Source: Paraspadella gotoi | Lineage: Eukaryota > Animalia > Chaetognatha | Direction: 5' to 3' | Assembly: GCA_051294375.1 (NCBI GenBank) | Contig: CM119264.1 | Coordinates: 27,291,340 to 27,355,339, forward strand | DNA: 64,000 bases | Shown: positions 10,901 through 21,245 of the stretch, in pieces | Position numbering within the stretch: position 1 is the first letter of the stretch | Layout of the letters: each line of letters opens with the position of its first letter | Notes under the pieces: model-generated | What the model saw: only the letters and a program-made list of their open reading frames with translations | What the model was told of the DNA's origin: nothing | Databases searched by the model: none | Position numbers and translations under genes: made by a program

Positions 10901-13900
10901 AAAAATTTTTCTTCAATGATCTTGACGTTCAAATCTCAAGACAAAAAGTCAAAATGGACAAAATGGACATAATTTTTTTTTATTAAAAGTTGCAAAAAAT
11001 TATATCGATCTTGATTAGAGAAAAGCAGCAGATGATTTAATTAATCCGTAGTCAGCCCACTTTGTCTTAGGGTTCAAATTTAATCAATTCTGTTGATAAT
11101 ATTTCTAGCAATATTGCAAAAAAGTGGTTTTTTTTGCGATTCCTCGTAGAAATCACTGCCTTAAACATACATGTTTCGACTTAATTTGCAAATCTTCATC
11201 AGTGCTTATTTAATTTTGATGATACATAATTTTTTGTTTCACAAGTAACAGTGAGAAGGATGGAGGGAAAGAGAGAGAGAGAGAGAGAGAGAAGAAATAA
11301 ATGTTTTCTAACAAAGAATAAAAAAGGACAGTGGTCAGTTTTGAGGATAGGGTAAGTTTGAGCAGAGAGAGAGAAGGTGGTGAGGAAAAGAAATTAAAAT
11401 TTTGCAGAGAGAGAGAGAGAGAAGAGAGATGCAGAGGTCAAACATTAGATCAATACATTATGCATCTTATACATCTTATACAATATTCATCTTTCTTTCT
11501 CTCTGCCAAATTTCAATTTCTTTTCCTCACCACCTCTTTTCTCTCTGCCTCAAACTTACCCTATCCTCAAAGCTGACCACTAAGGAGTAGTGAAAGTTAC
11601 ATACAAAATTCTAAAAGTCAATTATGAACAACATACCATCAGTGAACATTAATTTGTAAAAAAAACTAATTTTATATTTTTTAATTTTGCAGTAGGCTAT
11701 ATTTATATATAGTACTATCCTTATAAAATCGAAAAATTCAAAATAGGCTTTTCTTAATTTAATTGCAGATTTGAATTCCTCGTCAAAAGTTGATAAAAGA
11801 AAATATAAATCATTTTTAAAAATTCTTTCATTAAGTGGGTTAAAAATTTAAAAAAACTATAATTAATATATAAAAGGTTAATTTTTAGCTTAAAATATAA
11901 CTTTTTCTAATTTTTGACCCACTTAATGAAGGTTTTCAAAAAGAGGTAATTATTTTTATAATCACTTTTTATAATGAACTCAAATCTGCAAAAAAATATT
12001 AGAAAAACTGTTTTGAAATTTTAATATTTATTGGTTTAGTACTAGTATAAATATGGCCTACTGCGTAAATTGTAAAATTTATTATAATTTTTTTTACATT
12101 AGTATAATGTTGTTCGTTCCTCACTTTTAGAATTTTAATTAAAGTTAAATTAGAATTTTACTACGCCTTACTGACCACTGTCATTTTTTTAATTCTTTGT
12201 TGAAAACATTTATTTCTCTCTCTCTCTCTCTCTCTTTCTCTCCATCCCTTTCACTGTTTACTTGTGAAACAAAAAATTATGTACTATCAAAACTAAATTT
12301 GCACTGATAAAGACTTTCAAATTAAATCGAAACATGTATGTTTAATCATAATAAAAAACATTGTTGTTAAATTTTTTTTCCCCTAAAAATCCAAAAAAGT
12401 TTTTCTTCTATTTTTTCATCATTAACAAAGATTTTAACTCAAAATAAAAAATGACATCTTTGAACATTCTGAAAAATGTTTATCTTAATTAAAAACAACT
12501 ATATAATGGACTCCAACCCCTGTCACCAAACTTGGTTAAATCTGAATAAATATTTTTAGCTATTAATTTTATTTTACAAAAAAATTATTTTGTCTTTCAT
12601 TGAAAATATTCTAAAAATATTTGGGCTAAAACCAATTGAATTTCAATGTTGAGCAAATTAAAGTTTTAAATTTGATAAAGATTTTGTTTAAAAATAAATA
12701 CCGAAAAATATCCTATTTTGTAATTTTTTTTAATTTTAAATTTAATTTAATATTATTTGGTTTTAAATTATTGAAGAAAATATTTTCCTTTTAAATCTTA
12801 GCTAGCGGTAGCCGACCAAATTCAAATTTTAATGGGAACAGCATTAAACTAATCCATTATTGGTATTAATTATTGTGTTAAAATATTTTTTTGCAAAAAT
12901 TCCGAACCATGAGTAATTCGCTAATTAATATTATTATAATGCTATATAATGTCAAAAATTTTTTTTGGATATTTTAAGTTTTTTTAATTGATTCTGATAG
13001 AGCTTAAAAAGTTAAGCAAAAAATATAATTACAACTTTTTTAAAATTTTGATGTTTTATTGCTAAAATTAGTAAAAACTGTTAAAATCATCGGATGATGA
13101 TGATGATGATTTTTTAAGGTTTTTCTCAATTTAAACCCACTTATATCAAAATATTGGAAAAGAATTATACTTTGTGTAGATAACTTTTCATAAGCTATTT
13201 GAATCTGCTTTTAAAATAAAAAATTCAAAAAAAATTTTTGACATTTCCTATCTATAAATAAATATTAAAAAATTAATTACTAATGCTTCTTGCCATTTTA
13301 GAAAATTTTGCTCCATTGAAAGTTTCTCAGAAATGTATGAAGTTTCATTTGGAAAGGTTCCCAAATCAAACTTCTGACCCACCCATTGACGAAGTTTGGC
13401 TCTATCTTAGCAAATTAGATCATAAGTTTGTCAGTTATATCTTAGTTTTTAAGCTCCTTTCCTCAATTAAAAATTGCCTACTTTTATTCAGTTAACTACT
13501 AGGTAAACCAAAAATTGTCTATTACCTATTTAAGAAAAAAATTTTGCCTAAGTTCACCCCTTACACAGGATCCCCCACCAGACTTCTCCACAGGGGCCTC
13601 AATCCTGAGGAGATGTCTGAGAGAAGGTTTTGATCTCATTGCCATAGTGAGAGCGAGCGGGCGAGCAAGTCTGGAGCGTTACCAGAGAAGTAGGGCATAG
13701 GCGTGATATGCATACCCTAAGCGACTGAAGCGTGGGCGCACGGTGCGCAGCGGTTGCGTGTTCGAGAGTAGGGCTCACCACTTATGGCAACGGGAGGATA
13801 CCTGTGATACCCGGGGCGCGGGTATCTCACCAACTGGCGTAGGGGCTGCGACACCCTCAGTGACCGCCTCCTGTCACTGGCATGTTTATACCGGCACCGT

Positions 13901-16900
13901 CACATTTAAGCCAGAACCGGGATACCCAGGGATTGAACCCGGGACGCACGGATGGAATGAGATGATTTAGCCTGCTCAGCCATTGAGACGAGGGCTGAGA
14001 CGGACAGCAGTGAGGCAGCTTAAGTCTTGCTGCCACAGGATTAAGGGGTGTGGAAATTCTTAGGCGTAATATTTTGCCTGTATTAACTGAGCCAAAGTGA
14101 TTCTGAAATTGCCTAGCGTAAGAATGATTTTTCCTTAATTAATATAGGCAATTTCTGACATCTTTTTTCTCTAAGTACTCAGAGATGGCGGCACATGCTT
14201 TTGTGACCTCGCCCGTTGGAAATACTGTCATTTCTGTCACTATTGTTGCTGTAAGCTAGTAAGTTGTAAGCCGTAAGTTAGTCCCATTAGAGCTGGACCT
14301 CCCTTTACAATGTACAATGTACATATTGTGGCGGTATATTCACACCGCCTCACGTCCTCCATCGTTCAGCCAAATCCATTGGCTCAGAGGGGGAACGCAC
14401 CATCCCAGGCGTAGTGTTCCGTCCACAGTCCTAACGACTTCCCTCTGCGTTGGCAAAACGAGACCGTCCCAGGGTAACCGCGCCAGTGACTGGAGGCGTC
14501 ACTGAGGGTCGGAAGCCCCCAAAGCCAACAGTGAGATGGCCCATCCCAATGGGCATCACAGGCAACCCGGCTGTTGCCATAATATACATTTTGAGTTGAT
14601 GAAGCCTCGAAACGACTCATTTTATTATAATCGTTCAGACAGGGCAGGACGTTAAGTTTTATCCGGATATATATTATCCGTAGTATATTAACTAAAATAA
14701 CCAAATAACAATTAAACGTATTAACTTTTTAAACACGTAACATATGGTTCATACTTGTGTAGTCACGTGATCATCGGAAAAAATGTCCTTATGGTCATTG
14801 CGTCGCAACATCTGGATCGAGACCCGCTTAAAACAATTATTGACTCATAAGTCAAACGCACATTTTAGGGGTTGTAACGTCATGAACGAGGGCACTTGGA
14901 CCATCGAGTATTCTCGTCGTCAATGGCAGGATTTGAAATATTTGTACGGAGATGATCGAGACATCGGTGGACTTGCGGTAAATTTATAAGTGGGACCCAA
15001 ATGAAAAAAGGCTTTCAAAAATTGGTAAAATATAACGCGAATTTTTTTCCCTTACTTTAGTTTATTTCACTTATTTTTACAAATCGTCTCATTTCAATCA
15101 AAACCATTTCCTTCGTCTCCCCCTCCCCCCCCCTCTTCTACCCCACCGTCTTCTCCATCGCCAGGGTTCGTCAATTCACCCACGAGAGTTCTGGATGAGA
15201 CTTCTCCGCGATCCCGTCGTCTTGACGCCCGCATCCTTCGACTATTGGAGGGAAAAGAAAGACGTGGATATTTGCAGGGTGAAGTTCAGATGGATGTTGG
15301 ACTAGGGGAGGCAGTGGTTGAAAAGGATGGAGCTGTTAGTGGTGTCTGTTAATGTGTTACCACGTCGTTTATTGTAATATGAATTGTAAAAACTACAAAC
15401 CTATTTTTCCATTTCCGCTACTCGCTCTTCATTTTTCGCCAAGGCAAATAGTTCTCACTAAAATGTCAGTCACTCTATAGGGATCGCAGTTTGACGAGGG
15501 TCGTCGATCCTCCAGGAATCCAAACCCTTTATCTTCCACCTGATACAATTATTCAAGAGAGAAAAAAAAATCCCGAATTTGATTTGATGGAACCGTTAAT
15601 AGTTACAGCACGCAAATGGTCTAACCATTCGTGGGATCCTGACGGACGCAGTTCTGTCGGCGACCCCAGCGCTGAAATTCTCTATCGACGACGTCTCGTG
15701 TTTTCCTGTCAAACGTCTGAGGTTGTCTTCGCCTCCTTTGGGGTCGTAGGCCTTGATATGCGCAGAATGGCGGTCTTTCAGCGCCTCGATTGCCTTCCAA
15801 ATAACCTACCGAGATAAAAATTTATAATTTTTTTTCCCGATACAACTCTGAGTTCACTGTTTTACCTGACCAATCTGGGTCTACTCGCCTCTTTTCCACC
15901 TTCCGTCCGCATAGCGTCAGTGCTGAAGTTACAGTGACATCCAGCTCCGTTCCAGTCGCCCTCCACAGGTTTGGGATCCAACGATACAACGACCCCGTAG
16001 TCCTCAGCGACGCGCTCGAGCAGGAACCGCGAGAACCAGAGTTGGTCGGCGGCCTCCACGCCCACCGTGGGGCCGATCTGGTACTCTGCCTGCGCCGGCA
16101 TCACTTCCATATTGGTCCCGCCAATGTCGATTTCGCAATAGAGGCACGCCCTGAAAGTGGACATACGGGGCTCTTGAGTAACTTAACCAAACATAACAAC
16201 AACCTCTTCTTATTGTTATGGCTTTTACAGTTAAAGCCTTTGTTTTTACATTTGTTTTATCTATTTAATTTAGATCTATCATTATAAATTTCGCTTTTAT
16301 CTCGCCAGACGGACGAATGCTCGACTTGGGCGAGATGTTAATTCGTTTCTGCTTCTTTTGACCGTAGTCGTCATTGTCATCGTCGTCGTCATGTTGTGTA
16401 ACCATAAGAAGCTGAGAATTTAGATATGAAATTGGTACAACCAATATAAAAATCATCCATTCATTTAATAAATAAGCTATCTTGCCCCTGACTTTGGACA
16501 GGCTTTGGTGGTTTAAGGCCTCCATTACTCTTGCAAGATAATGACATAGCAGGTCCTGCAAGCTTTCAATCAAGACTTTCTCAACGTCTCGTTTATTCAC
16601 TTCCAGAGTACCTGGCTTCCCTATCAATGAAGTTATATAATATTTAAAGAATGTTTCAATTGTATGAAAAGACCACTCCTTAAGTATTAGATCGGGGAAT
16701 ACTTATTGTACTCCGCACTAGCATCAAAATACAAAGAGCCGAATTTTATGAAATTGGTACAACCAATATAAAAAATTATACCATTCATTTAATAAATTAG
16801 CTATCTTGCCCCTGACTTTGGACCGGCTTTGGTTTCTCATCATTGAGGGCTTTTAAATTGTTATGTTTTATATTCCTACACTCATGTTTGTTTTATTTAC

Positions 16901-19900
16901 AAAACAATTTTTATATATAAACGAGTTCAGCTCTGCAGCGGCTGTCCAGTTTCTCTCTTTTTCTTTCATCTCTCTTTTAATTATACGTCGCTCTTTTTTC
17001 TGTCTTTTTTCTGATTCTTTTAAAAACGAGTTCGCTCTGCAGCGGCTGTCCTGCGGTTGTCCAGCTTCTCTCTTTCTCTCTCTCTCACTCATACATGTAT
17101 TTGTTTGTTTTTATTTATAATGAATGAATCGCGTCAATGAATGATTATCATCGGATCAATGTATGATTATCATCGGATCAATGAATGACTATCATCGGAT
17201 CAATGAATAACTATCATCACATCAATCCTTTGGTTATTATCGCATCAATATATGGTTATCATCGCATCAATATTTGGATATCATTGCATCAATAATCAAT
17301 TACTATTACATTAATCATTCAATTATTATTAGCTCAATTAATCAATTACTATTATATCAATCAATCAATCAATCAATTACTATTAAATCAATCAATCAAT
17401 TACTTTCCGCAAAATTTTTATTTTCAATAAGAAAGAACTGCGATCGGAATTCTAAGATGAATTGAAAGCGTAAGTCAGGTTCGGTGAAAATCATTAATAG
17501 TAAAAACGTTCTCTCAAAGGGATGTTGTATTGTTTTATTGCTAGTCAACTCGTCCCATTTTAAGGAAACTTCAAAATTATTATATTCCTATCATTTTTTT
17601 CAAATGCATACAAGAACATATTCAAAAAGTTTATGGCTTCATTAGTCATGACCATCCCCTACCTGTAATGCGCCTCCGAAATATCACGCCCCTCTATTTT
17701 TCCGGCGCCCACACCACAGTAAAACGGACCTTGCCTGGCCGGAAAACCAGCGGGTTTTGGCCACCCATACGGCCAGCCATCCACGTCAAGCATAGTGTAC
17801 TCTTGCTCTGTGGCATGTAAAAAACCAATTAGTGCAAACTGCATAATGCATATAGTATCTTTCTTCTTAAATTAACTAGCCAGAAGTTTGTCTGGATATC
17901 CTAAAAGCAACAAGGTTTTATTAAAAAATAAATTGATGTATATTAAAAAGTATTTCATTATGAGATATTGTTTTTGTAAAGATATAAGATAATGATATCA
18001 ACCGTTTAGGTTCCTTACCCAGCCCGAACCATGGATTTTGGTCCTTGATTGCCTCCATCGCATCATTACAACTCTTTCGATGATTCGTCGAGGCAGGATT
18101 TCCGTCACCCTTGAGGGACTCGCACAAAACTATCTTGTTGGCGCCCCCTCGGAACGGATCTGTCATCGTCCAAAAGAAAAGGACCAATGTTTTGTTCTCT
18201 CAAGTGTTCTCTCATTTTACTCCTTCGGTTCTTTTTCCTAATTTTTTTGTTGCTAATTTCTGTTATACAATTCTACATTTGCAGTCCTTCATGCCAAGCA
18301 CTAATCCAAGTTTGTGTCTCAAACTATGTTGCCAAGACCCCACGTGTTGTACCTCTAAACATTCGGATTGGTTTCAGTTTCATGTCACTGTTTCCGCCTT
18401 CACTCTGTAAGGGAAAACAAAATTTTGGTTTGCCCAGCAAAACAACTTTTATTCTATGTATTCAATTTGATCGAGTCGTATTAGTCAACAACCTGATATG
18501 TAGATGACCCATCGTAGCTCCACAAGATGCAGTCCTCGACCCGATCCGGTTCCTTGGCGACGGTCATCGTTTTCTCACGCATATTCACGCCCGTTCCGTC
18601 GATCCACACGTAGGAAACTTGTATGCGATTTTTTGGCTGCGGCAGCGACATATAAGTGGTAGTGATGCCGCTGCGGTACCACGTGTTGCGAACTTGCTGA
18701 GACGAAAGCGACGTCTGTCGCAAAATGGACGCCTGGATCCAAGAATGGGGGCAGCGAGAGTTGTTCCCGGTCGACCTCTCGTCGGACAGAAAGGTTTTAT
18801 TAACCTGGTCTAGTAGCTTCTCCAGTTGACCGTTAGCCCGAAGCCTTTTTATTCCTTGTCCTATGACTTTAGCCATTTCATTTGAGTTTCGAGCATGAAG
18901 TTAAAACTAAGAGGGACGAAACTCAAAATTGATTTAATAATTAAAAAAAATTGTTATTATCGAAAATAAAATAAAAAAAAATTGTTTAAACGCTTAAGTA
19001 GGATTTTTAAAATTATGAAGTACGTACGATTTGTATGTCTGTTGTAGGTTTTTTTTGTTCTGAATTAATCTTGTTGCATTCTAATATAATTTGATTTTTT
19101 ATTGACCGAACGTTATAGTGTGGACTTTTCGGATTAAATCCTAATGATAAAAAGTCCAATTTTTTTCTGAAAATTCACGGGCAATATTGTCTTGGTTTGA
19201 GCTAGAAAAGAATGCTTTGGAAGTTAAGCTTTATGATTAATGGGTTTTTAGGACTTGTGAAGGTGTGAAGGTCGGAGATTTTTGACGAGTGCCTGAGAAT
19301 TCTCATTCTTAATAAACACGAAACGGAATTGAATTAGCGCTTTTGCGAGATAAGCAAGAGAGCGACGAATTTAAAGAGAGAGAATCGAAACTATTGATCT
19401 TGACACGAGCTCTTATATTGCAGGATTTTTCACATTAAGCCTTACATTTATTATGTAGAAATTAAATTTAAAAGTATATTTAATTAGATATTTCCTTTAT
19501 AGAAGTTTAGTCGGGTTAATTTATTTTCGTATTTAAGTACATAATCATAATTTAGAAAAGCGAATAATAAATAAAAATGCTTACAAAACGAGCAACAATT
19601 TTACTGTTACTCGAGAACCTGACTTTTTATTCTCTTTTAAATTTAAAGCGGTTTCAAGTCTACGATGTTGATCTACAACGGTCAATGGGAGCCGAGTTGA
19701 TGTGCGCTCGCTTCGTGGCCAGCTTCGGCGGCAAAGTCAAGTTCCACGGTTTCAAGGACTGGTTCGACCACACAAACTACAGACGACTGCCTAGAGCTTA
19801 CAAACCTGAGTTTGTTTGTGAGGTAGCTGCGGTTATAAATATTCATAATTATTATAAAGTAAGAGATATTTTGTCAATAAATCGATATCATTATAGGCGA

Positions 19901-20973
19901 TCGATTTATCTGGAACTCCGCTTTTCTACGAGGGAATGAAGTTTTTGATGTTCCTTAAAGACTTACGCTACCTTAATTTATCCAAATGTACGGCCTTGGA
20001 CGAATGGGCCATAGCCAGGATCTACCCGTTAAGGTACAAATTCGTTAAAAGATTTTTAATCGTTTCAAAATTTTCACGATCGAGGCTCGCGCTTAATCAG
20101 TTTATGGCATAAACGTACTTTGGGAATCTATTTCTTTTATTTTAAGGGATACGCTGGTTCACTTAAACCTGTCCGGTTGTGAGAGAATCACGGAACGGGG
20201 AATTATCTCTCTTTGGAAATTTCGCAATCTTCGACACCTTGTCCTCCAAGACATGAATCACGTGAGTCGGTCGCCCGCTAGCAAATTTCCTCATTTCCAA
20301 ATTTGTTTTTAAGTGAGAATTAATTTCATTTTAATTTAGATTAAAAACCTTCCGTTGGTGGCGATGGAGTTGGAGGGGTTCATGCCTAACTGTTTCATCA
20401 GCGGCTTCGAGTACGATAAAAAGCCAGAGCCCGACTTCGGGATTAGCGAGGATCTCTTCGAAGCCGACCATTCGTGGAAAGCTGAATGCGGAGGCGACAT
20501 TGCCAAGATGGATGTAAATCAGGCTGAAGGAGGGATCATTACTAGTATTAAAAAATTGTTGTATAATAGCCTCGTTATATGTTTAATCTCAAATGATGGT
20601 CAATTTATTGGGTGTAAATATTCACTGAGAGTGTCTCGTTGTGTCAAAAGGTATTTTGCCGATCATAAAGTGTGGGAGCCACGTCTCCTGGTCATGAATG
20701 GGATCCATTGATTGTTTGATTGATGACTTTCTCTGTCGAGAACGAAAACCCTTCTTTCTTTATTGGTCCCTGCAGTACGAAAAATTCTGGAACTTGGATA
20801 ATAAAGGCTTCGACGCCGACAACATGAAGAACTACGTCTGGCGCAATCGGCCCTACATCAACGACCACGACGACCTCATCAAAGAGGCCACGGACGCCGC
20901 GGGTTGGTGGTGGAGAATCCTCACTGTAAATCTTTGGGGACCGCCACGGAAGATGCCCACGAGAAGAGTCTAA
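7993..20973 (+). CDS. DMAC2: Distal membrane-arm assembly complex 2 / ATP synthase subunit s-like LRR protein (exons ~7993-8414, 14869-14977, 19649-19822, 19898-20032, 20147-20261, 20340-20513, 20776-20973)
   Basis: Mitochondrial-transit-like N-terminus; [62 protein letters not shown] motifs. Splice phases are consistent across exon1(phase 2)-exon2(phase 0)-exon3. The joining of the first two exons is inferred. Confidence 0.75.
8709..8786 (-). ncRNA. Twister ribozyme, type P5 (LTR B copy 1)
   Basis: Minus strand: ctggc..atgt GA cg(t) gccgta T^AA acat GCC agtgac..gtcact G aggg T ccg cA GC ccct ac gccag; slightly degenerate in T1/P1. Confidence 0.72.
9674..11160. mobile_element. Non-autonomous TTAA-targeting DNA transposon (Kolobok-like termini)
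   Basis: 14-bp perfect TIR GGCAGTGATTTCTA / TAGAAATCACTGCC flanked by TTAA (9670-9673, 11161-11164); the empty site with a single TTAA is visible in the paralogous arm near 12342. Confidence 0.85.
11162..11208 (-). ncRNA. Minimal type I hammerhead ribozyme (PLE-type)
   Basis: Minus strand: taagca CTGATGA a gattt gcaaatt aagtc GAAA catGTA^ tgttta; 6-bp stem I, 5-bp stem II, palindromic ACATGT stem III. Confidence 0.82.
11581..12170. mobile_element. hAT-type MITE (~590 bp, long imperfect palindrome)
   Basis: Ends TAAGGAGTAGT / ACTACGCCTTA; 8-bp TSD CTGACCAC (11573-11580, 12171-12178). Confidence 0.88.
12301..12342 (+). ncRNA. Degenerate hammerhead copy (core CTGATAA, G8A; likely inactive)
   Basis: gca CTGATAA a gactt tcaaatt aaatc GAAA catGTA tgtt; inverted paralog of 11162-11208. 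Confidence 0.6.
13834..13914 (-). ncRNA. Twister ribozyme, type P5 (LTR B copy 2)
   Basis: Minus strand: ctggc..atgt GA cgg tgccggta T^AA acat GCC agtgac..gtcact G aggg T gtcg cA GC ccct ac gccag. Confidence 0.72.
14327..14581 (+). mobile_element. Solo LTR of twister-LTR family (variant C)
   Basis: TGTGGC...GCCATA termini as in variant B, flanked by ATAT at 14323-14326 and 14582-14585; A-box-like TGGCTCAGAGG; contains the twister fold. Confidence 0.75.
14449..14529 (+). ncRNA. Twister ribozyme, type P5, partly decayed (solo LTR C)
   Basis: gttggc..cga GA ccg tcccaggg T^AA ccgc GCC agtgac..gtcact G aggg T cgg AA GC cccc aaa gccaac; T1 and P5 covary relative to A and B; P2 is mismatched. Confidence 0.72.
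15429..18876 (-). CDS. GLUL: Glutamine synthetase (GSII), ~7 exons, N-terminal extension suggests mitochondrial form
   Basis: [113 protein letters not shown]. Confidence 0.96.
16426..16625. repeat. Dispersed ~200-bp repeat family (also ~16748-16833, 26311-26483, 44409-44479, inverted fragment 45973-45998)
   Basis: Shared core CCATTCATTTAATAAATAAGCTATCTTGCCCCTGACTTTGGACAGGCTTT. Confidence 0.8.
17133..17403. repeat. 22-bp minisatellite decaying into (ATCA)n
   Basis: Repeats of TCAATGAATGATTATCATCGGA followed by ATCA runs, in a GS intron. Confidence 0.8.
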
Positions 20974-21245
20974 ACATTTATTTACAACATGTCATACTTT
21001 TCGGATTTTCGGAGATTGATAACATGAAATCCCTCAGCTCCCCTTCGTTACCGATTACGTATAACTCGGTGCCATTTCTTATCATTTTTGACGACCGACC
21101 TCCCCCAATATAACTTTTTTGTTTTTCTTGCGAAGAGGTTGATTTAATCGCAACTTATTAAGATGACTATTTATTTCTTAAATATTTTCGATTCGCAGTT
21201 CCAGTCCAAAATAATTTGCCTACTAGCTTGATCACTTTAACCAAA

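Larger units (their letters stand above)
9612..12399. mobile_element. Fold-back (inverted repeat) element with Penelope-type hammerhead motifs, interrupted by two DNA transposons
   Basis: Left arm ~9612-9673 + 11161-11430 is the reverse complement of right arm ~11488-11580 + 12179-12399; GA microsatellites in the arms. Confidence 0.78.
8913..13563. mobile_element. Non-autonomous hAT-type DNA transposon hosting nested insertions
   Basis: Imperfect TIRs TAAGGGTTGCACTTAGGTAA / TTGCCTAAGTTCACCCCTTA with 8-bp TSD CACAGGAT (8905-8912, 13564-13571); no transposase ORF seen. Confidence 0.82.
8664..14037 (-). mobile_element. Twister-LTR element variant B, split by a 4.65-kb hAT-type insertion (LTRs ~8664-8908 and ~13783-14037; internal region ~13568-13782)
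   Basis: Two near-identical ~250-bp repeats reading TGTGGC...GCCATA on the minus strand; PBS-like TGGTGAGCCC (minus, 13771-13780) is identical to variant A; GGGGG tract before the other LTR; A box TGGCTGAGCAGG and B box GGTTCAATCC. Confidence 0.78.

Noticed and set aside
9674-13563. Autonomous transposase or reverse transcriptase ORF
   Set aside because: Only short low-complexity ORFs in AT-rich sequence; no catalytic motifs seen.
17133-17403. CRISPR-like repeat array
   Set aside because: Contiguous 22-bp units without unique spacers, in a eukaryotic intron; it is a minisatellite.
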